Shown here piece by piece: positions 1-10,217 of a stretch of 64,000 bases of DNA. Made by a program: the position numbers and the translations under genes. Source of the DNA: Candidatus Thorarchaeota archaeon. Its GTDB lineage: Archaea; Asgardarchaeota; Thorarchaeia; Thorarchaeales; Thorarchaeaceae. How positions within the stretch are numbered: the first letter of the stretch is position 1; each line of letters opens with the position of its first letter. The stretch is taken from contig DXJO01000041.1 in assembly GCA_019057475.1 (NCBI GenBank), positions 96,001 to 160,000 on the forward strand, given 5' to 3'. The notes beneath the pieces are model-generated. The model was not told where the DNA came from. It saw only the letters and a list, made by a program, of their open reading frames with translations, and ran no database searches.

Positions 1-29
1 ACATGAAAGAGTATTAAGAGCTGAAAGTA

Positions 30-944
30 ATGATTCTGATTCCTCCAATACTGGCATTTGTTTTCGCTTTCCTTATTCCGATATTCATTTGCATTATTAC
101 TGGGTTGGCGATAAGATCTAAGAAACGCGGTTTCAATGATTGCTTTGGTACAATCGCCAGGATATTATACATACCAGAAGCAAAGGATATGGCTAGAGAT
201 GAGGGGACACATGAATCCAGCGGAATCAGTACATCGCTTCTCTTGATGTTTGTGGGAATCGTGATTTTCACCATCGCTAATCTTCTTGCTACATTCTATT
301 TGAGCTTGATTGATGTTATGCATGTAATAAGCGTGGATAATGCCGGAGTGGTTAGCAATGTTTCATTCATATCAATTGAAGACCCTTTTCATGGAGGATG
401 GTGGGGATACTTACCCTGGTATGGTGGATATCCTATGCCACTTCTCGGACAAGATGCACATCATGAAACATGGGAGTGGATTCTATTCACAGGTATTGCA
501 TGGAACAATGATGTCTTCCTGCAATGGAGAATCATTGACATAAATCTGGGGCTTATAATTGCAAGTCTTTTCTTCCTCACTCCCCTTCTATTCAAAGCAG
601 TTCGTGAAGCTGCAATACCATCGATTCTTCTCTTTCTATCAGGAACTCTGACAGCTATCAGAGGCTTCATCGGTATGCTTGGTAAAACAGTATCAATCCT
701 TTATTTTGGTGGAACTCTGGATATGGGATATGTCAGCTATGACCTAGCAGAAATTGGAACAGCAGGCTTCGTGCAAATAGTGATGATATCCTTACCTGTT
801 ATTCTAATTGGATTGGCAGTGTTTTCAATACTGGGATATTTCTATTGGAAATCACAACTTAAAGAAAGGGGAATCTCTGCCAAGTGGTTTATTCTCTTTG
901 TTATGGCAACTTACCTTGTACCATTATTCCTTTCCGTGTGGTGA
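30..944 (+). CDS. Hypothetical multi-pass membrane protein
   Basis: 304 aa ORF with about 6-7 hydrophobic segments; ends 4 nt before the next ATG (949). Confidence 0.7.
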   Translation: MILIPPILAFVFAFLIPIFICIITGLAIRSKKRGFNDCFGTIARILYIPEAKDMARDEGTHESSGISTSLLLMFVGIVIFTIANLLATFYLSLIDVMHVISVDNAGVVSNVSFISIEDPFHGGWWGYLPWYGGYPMPLLGQDAHHETWEWILFTGIAWNNDVFLQWRIIDINLGLIIASLFFLTPLLFKAVREAAIPSILLFLSGTLTAIRGFIGMLGKTVSILYFGGTLDMGYVSYDLAEIGTAGFVQIVMISLPVILIGLAVFSILGYFYWKSQLKERGISAKWFILFVMATYLVPLFLSVW

Positions 945-948
945 TAGA

Positions 949-2205
949 ATGACACGAAAATTACAAGTCATATCAGTCTTGGTTTGCTGTTGTATAATCA
1001 CACTCTCACTACCTCAGAATTCAGTGGAGTACAATTCAAGGGAATTACATAGCGAGTTCACAGTAAGTGACAGAAACTATTGGCCTACAGAAGGTTGGAG
1101 GAATTCAACTCCTGAAGAACAGGGGATGAGCTCTGAAGATATCAATAGAATGATGAACTTCATTGAGGCGGAAGATATCAATATCGATTCTGTGTTAATC
1201 ACAAGACACGGGTATATTGTGCATGAAGAGTATCCCAGTTCGTGGTATGATGAGGATAGAAAGCACGAGTTGCATTCAGCAACTAAGAGTTTCACATCAG
1301 CATTGGTAGGAATCGCAATAGACAATGGGTATATTGACAATGTTTCTCAACCCATGTTGCCGTTCTTTTCAGATTACAATATAACCAATATCGATGAACG
1401 AAGAGAAAGAATTTCAATTGAAGATCTGCTAACGATGCGAGCGGGTATGTTCTGGGATGAAATAAGTGCACCCTATCTTTCACCTGAGAATGATGTATAT
1501 TACATTCTAACAGGTGATGGAGTAGACCATTGTCTCAATCTTGATATGGTGGCAGAACCTGGGGAATTATGGCACTACAGCGGTGGAGCCTCACACCTAC
1601 TTGCAGCAATTGTACAAGTTGCAACTGGAACGGATTTTCTTGAATTTGCGACAGAGCACCTCTTTGATCCCTTAGGAATTGACGATTATTATTGGACATA
1701 CGATGGGAGTCATAACTGGTATACCGGAGCGTGGGGATTGAAGTTGAATTCTCGCAGTCTTGCAAAGTTCGGATATCTATTCTTGAACAATGGAACTTGG
1801 GATGGGCAACAGATAATCTCTGAAGAATGGGTAAATGTATCAACATCTAGCTATACTTTGTTTGAAGGTCATACGGGCTATGGATATCAATGGTGGACAC
1901 TTCCAAACTTTGGTGTATATTATGCAGCGGGAAGAAATGGTCAATTCATCCTCGTTGTTCCAGACCTAGATATTGTGGTTGTCTTCACATCAAGTATCTA
2001 TACTGAAAGCCATAATATACCAATCAGTCTACTCACGGACTTCATCTTAAATAATGATAATGTGCCTATTCCGGATTCAATCCGAAGCATTGTCATCAAT
2101 ATCATCATAGTTGCATTACTAGCGGTCCCAGTTGTGATTATGGGATATCAACGGATGAATGCTCGGAAACCCAACCTCAATCACAATTCCACTTCTAGCA
2201 TTTAG
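949..2205 (+). CDS. Serine hydrolase, beta-lactamase class C/AmpC family, with N-terminal signal and C-terminal membrane anchor
   Basis: SxxK motif (HSATKSF), LLTMRAG, PGELWHYS, GYGYQWW, AAGRNGQ; start moved to ATG 949 (MTRKLQ...). Confidence 0.88.
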   Translation: MTRKLQVISVLVCCCIITLSLPQNSVEYNSRELHSEFTVSDRNYWPTEGWRNSTPEEQGMSSEDINRMMNFIEAEDINIDSVLITRHGYIVHEEYPSSWYDEDRKHELHSATKSFTSALVGIAIDNGYIDNVSQPMLPFFSDYNITNIDERRERISIEDLLTMRAGMFWDEISAPYLSPENDVYYILTGDGVDHCLNLDMVAEPGELWHYSGGASHLLAAIVQVATGTDFLEFATEHLFDPLGIDDYYWTYDGSHNWYTGAWGLKLNSRSLAKFGYLFLNNGTWDGQQIISEEWVNVSTSSYTLFEGHTGYGYQWWTLPNFGVYYAAGRNGQFILVVPDLDIVVVFTSSIYTESHNIPISLLTDFILNNDNVPIPDSIRSIVINIIIVALLAVPVVIMGYQRMNARKPNLNHNSTSSI

Positions 2206-2423
2206 GACAATCTGGAACTCTCCCTTAGGTGGGAACCGAAGCCTTTAGAGTAGAAACAAAAAAACGGCAGAATCTACTCAGAGTTGCGCTTGAACGAATG
2301 GAGATGGGCTGAATCAAGAAATAGCTGCAGTTTCACATCCTGAAGTTTCCTTAAAACTTTGCTTCGACATCGGCAATATCTTATTACAAGTGAAAACACT
2401 CTGACAACGCTGGCTGAAGAACC

Positions 2424-2834
2424 ATGAAGAGAGTGCTTTTCCTATGTACAGGAAACTCAGCAAGGAGTCAGATGGCTGAGGCACTCCTGAGGTCGCTTGC
2501 GGGCGACAGTTACGAGGCGTATAGTGCCGGTACTGACATCGCTCCCGTTGTGAATCCATTCGCACTAGAGGTACTTGGGGAGGTAGGTGCAGATACAGAG
2601 GGGCTGCATTCGAAAAGCCTTGACATCTTCATGGACCAGTCCTTTGATTTGGTCATCACTGTCTGCGACAATGCTAGACAAACTTGTCCGTTCTTTCCGG
2701 GAGCCAAATCAATGGACCACTGGTCCTTGGAAGACCCTGCTGCATTCCAAGGTACTCGCGAAGAAATTCTCTTTAAGTTCAGGGAATCTAGGAACGAGAT
2801 TGAGAGGAGAATCAGGACTGCCTTTCTGATTTAG
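2424..2834 (+). CDS. arsC: Arsenate reductase, thioredoxin-coupled (LMW-PTP fold)
   Basis: FLCTGNSARSQMAE P-loop, ITVCD..A..CPFFPG, HWSLEDP. Confidence 0.9.
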   Translation: MKRVLFLCTGNSARSQMAEALLRSLAGDSYEAYSAGTDIAPVVNPFALEVLGEVGADTEGLHSKSLDIFMDQSFDLVITVCDNARQTCPFFPGAKSMDHWSLEDPAAFQGTREEILFKFRESRNEIERRIRTAFLI

Positions 2835-2857
2835 TAATAACGAGGCTTCCATGGGAC

Positions 2858-4864
2858 TCATCGCTCAACCCATGTGAACTTCCTCTGTAGTGTCGTGGGA
2901 TACACCTTACGCCAGTCATATTCCACCCTCTGACACCACTTGTACACAGTCCTAGGATGAATATAAGATTTCAAGGAGGTTCCCAAGTTCCACGTGCGAC
3001 AATTCCCAGCCAGAGCATAATCGACTTGAATCTTCTTTTTGGCAAGCTCCGCCTTCTTGACGCGATCTCTTGCCCCCTGCACTATTCGCTCTACTCGTGC
3101 AACACGCTCAATTGACTTCTCGCGGAACGTCGCGAGGATATTTTGCTTCCTCTCAAGGTTAGCTTTGCTCTTTCGATAACGTTCTCTTGCGTTGGCCAGC
3201 CCGGTTTCAGCTTTCTCTAGTCGGTTTCGAGCCCTCTCTATACTAGCTTGGGCACCTTCAAGGCGTTCTTTCTTGGTTGTCATGCCCTTGCGCTTGCTTC
3301 CCCTTGTGCGACGTTTGCGATCTCTGGCATTATCCCATGTGATTTTCGCTTTATCCCGCTTCTCTCGCCAAATCGCAACAGTGGCTTTGTTCTTTTCCAC
3401 AATCTGCTTCTGTCTAGTGACCAAGTCTTGCTTCTTCGTTCGCAATGTCTTCTCTTTTCTGGATACTGCCCTCAGGCGCTTTCTCTTGACAGCAAGTTGC
3501 GCTTTCGCTTTCTCAATGCGGACATCTGCTTTCTTCAGTCGCTCAAGATACCGTTCTGCAGTGCGATTCCAACCTTTGGGTGCTTGCTTGGTATGATTCA
3601 TCACTCGCGCAACTTCTAGGTTGGCACGCTTGAAAGCCGCTTTCTTGATGAAATTAGGGTCAGTTCGCTTTGTACGGCTGCGCGTCAATTCCTCTTGCAT
3701 CAACTTTGTGGCATGGTGTGTCCTGAACATTTTGGCTGTGAGGTCTGGATCCACTTCACTCAGGAATTTGTTGACGTGTGTGCTGCGAATGCTGGGGAAT
3801 ATCTGGGCTAGTTTCCTCGGGTCGGCGCTGGTTCTTCTGCCCGCTCGGGAAGAGAATGATTCTACTCGTTCTACGGCCCCTTCGTATATTTCTCTAAATA
3901 CTTCAAAGACTTCAGAAGGCACTTCCAGCTCCTTATGCCAAGAAACGCTATCCTTGCCCAAGAAGTCAAACACAATGGAGTTTCTCTTGAATGTCAGATG
4001 CTCAGCTCTGAGTGTCGTTGCACCAACAGTGTCTGCCTCGTCGGGGTCCTTTTCATCACCCACACGTAGACTGAGGTACTCGATCAGATAGCATGCAGCG
4101 GCAACCATTCTTCGCTTTGGTTTATCAGAATGCAGCCCCTCCATTATGTGGTCACGAATCACTTCTGTTAATCGTCCCATTCGAAGTGCTTTGTCGAACT
4201 TCGCAGCCTCGCGCTCCTGTTTGATGGGAGTGCTATCATGCAGCCAGATGTATTTCACCTTGCCCGTGAGCTCATCCATCCACTTGGCAATCCACATGGA
4301 ATCGTGGGACCACTCAAGTGCCCTCCAGTGACCTTCTGGTATCGGCGCATCGGGGCTAAGATTCAGCGTGATGTCTTTGTGTGTGACCCCTCGTTTCCAT
4401 CTTCCTCTGAAAGGATGTTTGCCCCGACCCATGAAAATGCCTGAGGGTTCCGTTTGGTAGTTTCCAAGCTCCATTCGCTCCCCGTCAACAAGAGCGTAGC
4501 CAAAGACCTCTTTCAAACGCTCGCGCTCAGCTTTCCTTGATTCCCGCGCGGCCTTCTTCTCCTCCTTGGTCATTGCCGCTTTGGCTGCACGTTCTCTCTC
4601 AACCACATCAACTGCTTCGCTGAAGTCTACCTCTTCGACTCTGAGGTTTGGCTCGATCTGGAGTGCATCGCTGAAATCGTTCATGAAGTTGCTTGCAAAC
4701 ACAGGGTCCTCAACATACGGCGTACCGAGCTTCTTCACCCAGGCAATTGCCATTGCTTCCTGCAACTGGTCAAGGGTGATGCTTTCACCTCTCGCTATTA
4801 TGGCAAGGCCAAGGGGTTCTGGCTGCTCGATGACTATTATGCCGTTGTGCTGTAGTGACTCCAT
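2858..4864 (-). CDS. topIB: DNA topoisomerase IB (eukaryote-type) with very long coiled-coil linker
   Basis: Catalytic pentad motifs LRVGDEKD, FLGKDS, AKMFRT, NHTK, GTSLKSYIHPR; also EPSGIFMGRGKHP.RGRWK. Confidence 0.93.
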   Translation of the reverse strand: MESLQHNGIIVIEQPEPLGLAIIARGESITLDQLQEAMAIAWVKKLGTPYVEDPVFASNFMNDFSDALQIEPNLRVEEVDFSEAVDVVERERAAKAAMTKEEKKAARESRKAERERLKEVFGYALVDGERMELGNYQTEPSGIFMGRGKHPFRGRWKRGVTHKDITLNLSPDAPIPEGHWRALEWSHDSMWIAKWMDELTGKVKYIWLHDSTPIKQEREAAKFDKALRMGRLTEVIRDHIMEGLHSDKPKRRMVAAACYLIEYLSLRVGDEKDPDEADTVGATTLRAEHLTFKRNSIVFDFLGKDSVSWHKELEVPSEVFEVFREIYEGAVERVESFSSRAGRRTSADPRKLAQIFPSIRSTHVNKFLSEVDPDLTAKMFRTHHATKLMQEELTRSRTKRTDPNFIKKAAFKRANLEVARVMNHTKQAPKGWNRTAERYLERLKKADVRIEKAKAQLAVKRKRLRAVSRKEKTLRTKKQDLVTRQKQIVEKNKATVAIWREKRDKAKITWDNARDRKRRTRGSKRKGMTTKKERLEGAQASIERARNRLEKAETGLANARERYRKSKANLERKQNILATFREKSIERVARVERIVQGARDRVKKAELAKKKIQVDYALAGNCRTWNLGTSLKSYIHPRTVYKWCQRVEYDWRKVYPTTLQRKFTWVER

Positions 4865-5451
4865 CAGGATGCCTCTTCCATTGCTAAGGTGGGATGTAAA
4901 GACAGATATCTATCAGGCGGCTCGCGGACTCCGCTTAGAGTCGTGGTCAACAGGGAGTGAACAAAAGCATTGTGCTAACGGTGGCCCACTAGGTGGTCAC
5001 CATACGATGATTCGCTGACCCCTGGAGCTGGAGGAAAGGGGAGGTTCACGATTATCTCATCAAGCTACACCTGGAGAGGTGAATCGAATGGAATCGGTCT
5101 GACTTGATGCTGCTTGTACAATTTTGACTTATTCGACATTGGGATGGTTGATTCAAACTATATCGTCGTTGAATCGGGAGTCCTTGCGGCTTCAGCCAGG
5201 TAGATCCTCAAAGTCTGCAACAGACCACGAAAATCTGATGGTGTCATGCTCCAGAGCGTGTCCATTCCACTCACAAACCATAGTCGGATTACTCATGACT
5301 GCGTTCCAGAGTAAGCTGATTAATAAGGTCATTTTCTCATTTTGAATAATGATTCATATGTTTCTTCTGTCGGCGAATGCAGGCATGCCGGCTAAGCTTC
5401 TTGATAACCCAGCATGGGTACAATGCTCAAGACGTTTTGACTGGAATTAAA

Positions 5452-5954
5452 ATGAGAACGAAGGGAAAAAAGGGAGGCAGACGAAAACGGAGAAAGCAAA
5501 AAACGGAGGAGTTACGACACCTTATGAAGAAGCTTTCAAACCAAGAATTATCGCATTCCTTTGCAATTGGTGTAGTTATGCAGGAGCGGATTTAGCAGGT
5601 ACAAGCCGTGTTCAGTATTCCCCCAATGTATACCCGGTCAGGGTCAACTGCTCGAGTCGGGTGGATCCTACTATCGTGATTAAAGCCATTTTGATGGGAG
5701 CAGATGGTGTACTCATAGCAGGCTGTCATCCAGGTGATTGCCACTACAAATCTGGTAACCTCTATACAAGAAGGAGGGTCATGATGCTAAAGACACTTCT
5801 TGAAACAATAGGGATAGCACCTGATAGATTGCGATTGGAGTGGATATCTGCATCGGAGGGCAATAAGTTTGGCAAAGTGGTTGACCAATTTGTGGAAGAG
5901 ATCAAAGAACTTGGTCCATATCCCATGGGGGGCTTATTGAATGATCGAGTATGA
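5452..5954 (+). CDS. mvhD: MvhD/FlpD [2Fe-2S] hydrogenase delta subunit; needs a -1 frameshift (programmed, mutational or sequencing error) near the 5' end
   Basis: Frame of ORF 5661..5954 is open back to 5451 and reads FKPRIIAFLCNWCSYAGADLAG...RVNCSSRVDP...GADGVLIAGCHPGDCHY...WISASEG; no in-frame ATG/GTG/TTG before the conserved N-terminus. Confidence 0.85.
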
Positions 5955-7968
5955 GTCAACCATTTGTCCATACTGCAGCTGCGGCTGCGGAATTTACTTA
6001 GTAATAAAGGATGGAAAGATCATCGGTCAGGAGCCGCAGCATGAACACCCTATAAATGAAGGGGGGAACTGTCCCAAGGGAAGGAATGCCTACCAATTTC
6101 TATATGCTGATGATAGACTGAAAACACCCTTGATAAAAAAAGATGGTAGGTTGGAAGAAAGCACATGGGATGAAGCGCTTGACCTCATTGCCGCCAAACT
6201 GAAGAAAGCAGACCCAGATGATTTCGGTCTGCTAGCATCGGGGAAGAATACAAATGAAGAGGCCTATGTACTGCAGAAGTTTGCACGTGTGATTATGGGT
6301 ACCAACAATGTAGAGTACTGTGGTCGTCTGTGTCATTCACCTACTGCGGCTGGACTCGGTCCTACAGTTGGGTCCGGCGTCATGCCAATTTCTCAGCTTG
6401 ATATTCAGAAAGCAGATTGCATCTTTCTAGTCGGAATCAATCCAAAAGAAACATTCCCTATGATGGCAAAGAGGATACTAAGGGCTAAGGAGAAAGGCGC
6501 AAAGGTAATCGTATTGGACCCAAGGAAAACAGTCACTGCAAGAGATATTGGAAACATCCACCTCCAGTTGGAGCCGGGAACAGACATAGCTGTACTCAAT
6601 TCTATGATGAAAGTCATTCTTGATGAGGGACTAGAAAGTAAAGAGTTTATAGAGTCCCGAACAGAAGGGATCGAAAGACTGCGCGATCATCTTGCTTCTC
6701 TAGACCTGAAGGAGATGGAAAAAATTTCTGGGGTTCCCCTGAAAGAACTAAAAAAGGCAGCTCGATGGCTTGCTAAGGCGGAAATTGGTTGTGTGTTATA
6801 TAACCAAGGGCTCAATCAACATTCTAAAGGAGCAGATAATGTCAAGGCTCTCGCTACACTGGCGTTGGTGACTGGTCAATACGGAAGACCGGGTACAGGT
6901 ATCAGCCCAACTCGTGGTCAGATCAACGGTGAAGGTACGGGAGATATGGGTTGCCTTAATGTGTTTTACCCTGGATTCCAGAGAGTTGGTACAGGTGCAT
7001 CTGAAAAGTTTGAGAAGCTCTGGGGTGTAGATAACCTTCCTTCTAAACCTGGATATCCGTATACCAAAATGCTCCAAGAAACTAAGTATCTGTGGGTGGT
7101 AGGAACAAATCCTATGATGGCGGCCCCAGATGTTGATAGTGTGCGAGAGGCGCTTGAGCGAAAAGAGCTGTTGATAGTCCAAGACATCTTTCCCACAGAA
7201 ACAGCCCAGTTGGCTGATGTCGTGCTCCCTGTGGCTACGTGGGTAGAAAGAGAAGGCATCCATGCTTATGTAGATCGGAGAGTACAGAAGATAAATAGAA
7301 TAATAGACCCACCAGCTGAAGCTAAACCAGATTGGTGGATTGTGTGTCAGTTGGCGGAAAGAATGGGATACAAGAGCAAATTCGACTTCTCATCTCCTGG
7401 TGAGATATTCGAAGAGATAAGAAGATGTGTTCCACCATATAAGGGAATAACCTATGAAAGACTCGAAAAGACTGTAGGAGGTATCCAATGGCCATGCCCT
7501 ACGGAGGATCATCCAGGCACCACTACTTTCTTCACAAAAAAGTTCAACACGCCTGATGGACTAGGCCATCTTCAAGTAGTAGACTACAGACCTCAAGCTG
7601 AACAGCCTGATGAAGATTATCCCTATGTTCTCACAACTGGAAGAAGTATATTCCATTATCACACTGGCTCGATGACCCGTAGGACGCCAAAGCTGAATGA
7701 TGAAACCCCAAAAGGTTTCTGCCAGATTAACCCTACTGATGCTGTTGCAGAGAAAATTAGAAACGGAGACAAAGTCATTCTGAAAACTAGACGTGGCAGT
7801 ATCGAAGCAGAAGCTCACGTAACCGATGAGGTTCCGAAGGGGCTTGTGTTTCTTCCTTTCCACTTCGGCGAGTCATGCGCCAACAAGCTCACTAATCCCG
7901 TATTGGACCCTGCTTGCGGGATGCCGGAGTATAAAGCATGTGCAGTCAAGATAGAGGTGAAAACATGA
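5941..7968 (+). CDS. fdhA: Formate dehydrogenase alpha subunit (Mo/W-bisPGD, Cys-type)
   Basis: CPYCSCGC...CPKG 4Fe-4S motif, CGRLCHSPT active-site Cys-His, RGQ.N..G, LTTGR...HYHTGSMTRR, PEYKACAV. Confidence 0.92.
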   Translation: MIEYESTICPYCSCGCGIYLVIKDGKIIGQEPQHEHPINEGGNCPKGRNAYQFLYADDRLKTPLIKKDGRLEESTWDEALDLIAAKLKKADPDDFGLLASGKNTNEEAYVLQKFARVIMGTNNVEYCGRLCHSPTAAGLGPTVGSGVMPISQLDIQKADCIFLVGINPKETFPMMAKRILRAKEKGAKVIVLDPRKTVTARDIGNIHLQLEPGTDIAVLNSMMKVILDEGLESKEFIESRTEGIERLRDHLASLDLKEMEKISGVPLKELKKAARWLAKAEIGCVLYNQGLNQHSKGADNVKALATLALVTGQYGRPGTGISPTRGQINGEGTGDMGCLNVFYPGFQRVGTGASEKFEKLWGVDNLPSKPGYPYTKMLQETKYLWVVGTNPMMAAPDVDSVREALERKELLIVQDIFPTETAQLADVVLPVATWVEREGIHAYVDRRVQKINRIIDPPAEAKPDWWIVCQLAERMGYKSKFDFSSPGEIFEEIRRCVPPYKGITYERLEKTVGGIQWPCPTEDHPGTTTFFTKKFNTPDGLGHLQVVDYRPQAEQPDEDYPYVLTTGRSIFHYHTGSMTRRTPKLNDETPKGFCQINPTDAVAEKIRNGDKVILKTRRGSIEAEAHVTDEVPKGLVFLPFHFGESCANKLTNPVLDPACGMPEYKACAVKIEVKT

Positions 7969-9233
7969 GTGGAAATATGCATATTGCCCGTTCCTCAGAC
8001 AAGAGCATACTAGAGAAGGCAGAATGTGGTGGAGCTGTTACTTCTATTCTCAAATTCGCTCTAGAAACAGGGAAGGTTGATGGTGTAGTCACGATAAGAG
8101 CAAAGAACGGCAATAGGTATGCAGGTGTACCTGTTTTGATTACAGAGCCAGAGGAATTGTCTGAAACTTCTGGTTCGCTCCATTGCTCTACTCCGAATAT
8201 TCCTCGGTTTGTGAAGGAATATCTTGATGGCGCTTCTACTATGAAATTGGCTGTCGTAGGCAAACCGTGTGACATTAGAGCAATTATAGAACTCCAGAAG
8301 AGGAAACAGATAGACAATGACAACTTGATTCTCATAGGCCTAAACTGTACTGGTACTCTCTCACCTACCACCGCCAAAGAGATGTTTATCGAGGAATTCG
8401 AGGTTGAACCAACTGAAGTCATGAGAGAAGACATCGATGAGGGGAAGCTCGTCATTATTCTAGAAGATGGGACTAGCAAATCCAAGGATCTTATAGAATT
8501 GGAGGAAAAGGGCGTCGGGCGTCGGGATAATTGTAGAAGATGTGAAATAAACATACCAATCTTCGCAGATCTGGCGTGTGGTAAATGGGGAGCTGAAACT
8601 GAGGAAAAAAAGAGCACGTTTATAGAAGTATGCTCAAACAAAGGCAAGGCGCTGATAGACGAAGCGATAGAAGAAGGATTCATCGAGGTTGAAGAACCCG
8701 ACAAGAGAAGTATCCAACTGCGAGAGGAAAAAGATAAGGCAGAAAAAGAACGTGCAAAGGAATGGAAAGGTCGTGATTTTGAGCCTCTATTGGAGCTTGC
8801 CCCATCAGAGAGATTGGATTATTGGATAAGGGAATTCAACAAGTGCATAAAGTGTTACGGATGCAGGGATGCGTGTCCGATATGTTATTGCGACCATTGT
8901 CTTTTAGAGGCAAATAGAGGGTTCGTGGAGGGTGGCAAAATACCTCCAGATGCGGTGTTTCCTCTTACAAGACTTGCACACGTTGCTGATTCTTGTATCA
9001 ATTGCGGACAGTGTCAAGATGCATGTCCAATGGAACTCCCATTATCTAAACTATTCAATCTTCTGAATACCAAACTCAGCGAGGTATTCGACTACACTCC
9101 TGGAGTCGATGTTGAGCAAGGTCCTCCACTGAGCGCAGTAATGATGGAGGAACTTCAGATAGAAGATACGTTCTTAGATATGTCATCAATTAATACTAGA
9201 TTGCGCGGAAGTGAGTCTTCGAACAGCAGTTAA
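7965..9233 (+). CDS. fdhB: Formate dehydrogenase beta subunit (FrhB/F420-binding family with 2x[4Fe-4S])
   Basis: ECGGAVT, VGKPCD.RA, IGLNCTGT, CRRC, ADLACGKWG, CIKCYGCRDACP, CINCGQCQDACP; ATGA overlap with the fdhA stop. Confidence 0.92.
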   Translation: MSGNMHIARSSDKSILEKAECGGAVTSILKFALETGKVDGVVTIRAKNGNRYAGVPVLITEPEELSETSGSLHCSTPNIPRFVKEYLDGASTMKLAVVGKPCDIRAIIELQKRKQIDNDNLILIGLNCTGTLSPTTAKEMFIEEFEVEPTEVMREDIDEGKLVIILEDGTSKSKDLIELEEKGVGRRDNCRRCEINIPIFADLACGKWGAETEEKKSTFIEVCSNKGKALIDEAIEEGFIEVEEPDKRSIQLREEKDKAEKERAKEWKGRDFEPLLELAPSERLDYWIREFNKCIKCYGCRDACPICYCDHCLLEANRGFVEGGKIPPDAVFPLTRLAHVADSCINCGQCQDACPMELPLSKLFNLLNTKLSEVFDYTPGVDVEQGPPLSAVMMEELQIEDTFLDMSSINTRLRGSESSNSS

Positions 9234-9297
9234 ATGAAGACCTAAGACTGCCAGACCTATTAATGAAGACCTAGTCAATGGGAGCGTATCCCGATGA

Positions 9298-9318
9298 TGG
9301 TGCGACCGCGGGAAATCG
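9298..9318 (-). repeat. Degenerate copy of a tRNA-Gly 3' end (att-like)
   Basis: tggtgcgaccgcgggaaatcg matches 17/21 nt of 10218-10238 (tRNA-Gly 3' end including CCA), same orientation. Confidence 0.55.
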
Positions 9319-9374
9319 GCTTGGCAGCATCCACAGACTCCACCCAGCAAGAATATGGTTCGTCAAGCTTCATG

Positions 9375-9782
9375 TCAATCCAACTGTTGAGGATCCTGCA
9401 ATGACTTCCTTGGCCGCGTGACTCTCAATCGTCCGCTGTGACATTCGTCACGGGCCCAGGTTCCCAGATTATTGAGTTTCGTAATGAGGACTAAGCCAAC
9501 ATCGGACAGTGAGTATTCCACGCGAGGTGGGACTTCATCAAAGCTCTTACGAGACAGGATGCCAAGCTTGGTCAATTCGGATAGCTTCTTCGATAATGTT
9601 GAGTCGCTAATCTCTCTCTTGCTAAGGCTCACCAGCTGCTCTCGTATCTCAGAGTATCTCATATCGGACCCAAACTCACTCAGGACAAGCATCAATGGGA
9701 TGGTCCAGCGACGCCCAAGCAATTGGACAACGCTCAAGAGTGGTGCAAGACAGGAACCCGAGGAAGTTGTAATATCACGCAT
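9375..9782 (-). CDS. HxlR-family winged-helix transcriptional regulator
   Basis: LLGRRWT, MRYSEI, ISDSTLSKKLSEL...RKSFDEVPPRVEYSLS. Confidence 0.9.
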   Translation of the reverse strand: MRDITTSSGSCLAPLLSVVQLLGRRWTIPLMLVLSEFGSDMRYSEIREQLVSLSKREISDSTLSKKLSELTKLGILSRKSFDEVPPRVEYSLSDVGLVLITKLNNLGTWARDECHSGRLRVTRPRKSLQDPQQLD

Positions 9783-9868
9783 TCTTCACACATCCGAAGC
9801 AACTTGCCTAAGGCGTAGCGAGAAGTTAAATCCAATGTTTATTCTCAGCAAGTGAAGGAGTCCTACGA

Positions 9869-10012
9869 TTGAACAAGTGCAAATGTGAGAAAGGCGACCA
9901 CCACAAGACCATGACCAAAACGGAGAGAATCAAGCATCTGGAAGATTGCATGGCGAGTATCATCCACAAGCTCGACTGCGTGAAGCAGGAATTAGGGGAA
10001 CTAAATGGATAG
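9869..10012 (+). CDS. Small (47 aa) Cys/His-rich coiled-coil protein, divergent from the HxlR gene (missed by the ORF track)
   Basis: TTG start 8 nt after AAGGAG; MNKCKCEKGDHHKTMTKTERIKHLEDCMASIIHKLDCVKQELGELNG with heptad pattern. Confidence 0.5.
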   Translation: MNKCKCEKGDHHKTMTKTERIKHLEDCMASIIHKLDCVKQELGELNG

Positions 10013-10217
10013 GCAGGAGTTCCCGATTTCGGCACCATGACGTGGTCCAATGACATAAGAGATAGTTACGGTCATCATGTCTAACAAAGAAACATGGTGA
10101 CCTAGCTGCGGAGAATGGCGTTTCTTTCACATGAAGCTGGGCAGAGTAAGGGCGGAACACAGAAGTCTGCAGATAGAGCTCACTCAACATGTAACAGAAC
10201 GGGTCTAGGGAAAGAAA

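Noticed and set aside
5377-5595. 72-aa basic ORF as an independent gene
   Set aside because: It overlaps the conserved MvhD N-terminus in another frame; better explained as the zero frame of the frameshifted mvhD.
5941-7968. Selenocysteine recoding in fdhA or mvhD
   Set aside because: The active-site and cluster positions are TGT/TGC Cys codons, and there is no in-frame TGA.
9233-9273. 12-bp direct repeat AATGAAGACCTA after fdhB
   Set aside because: Only two short copies with no associated element; possibly a junction scar but not interpretable.
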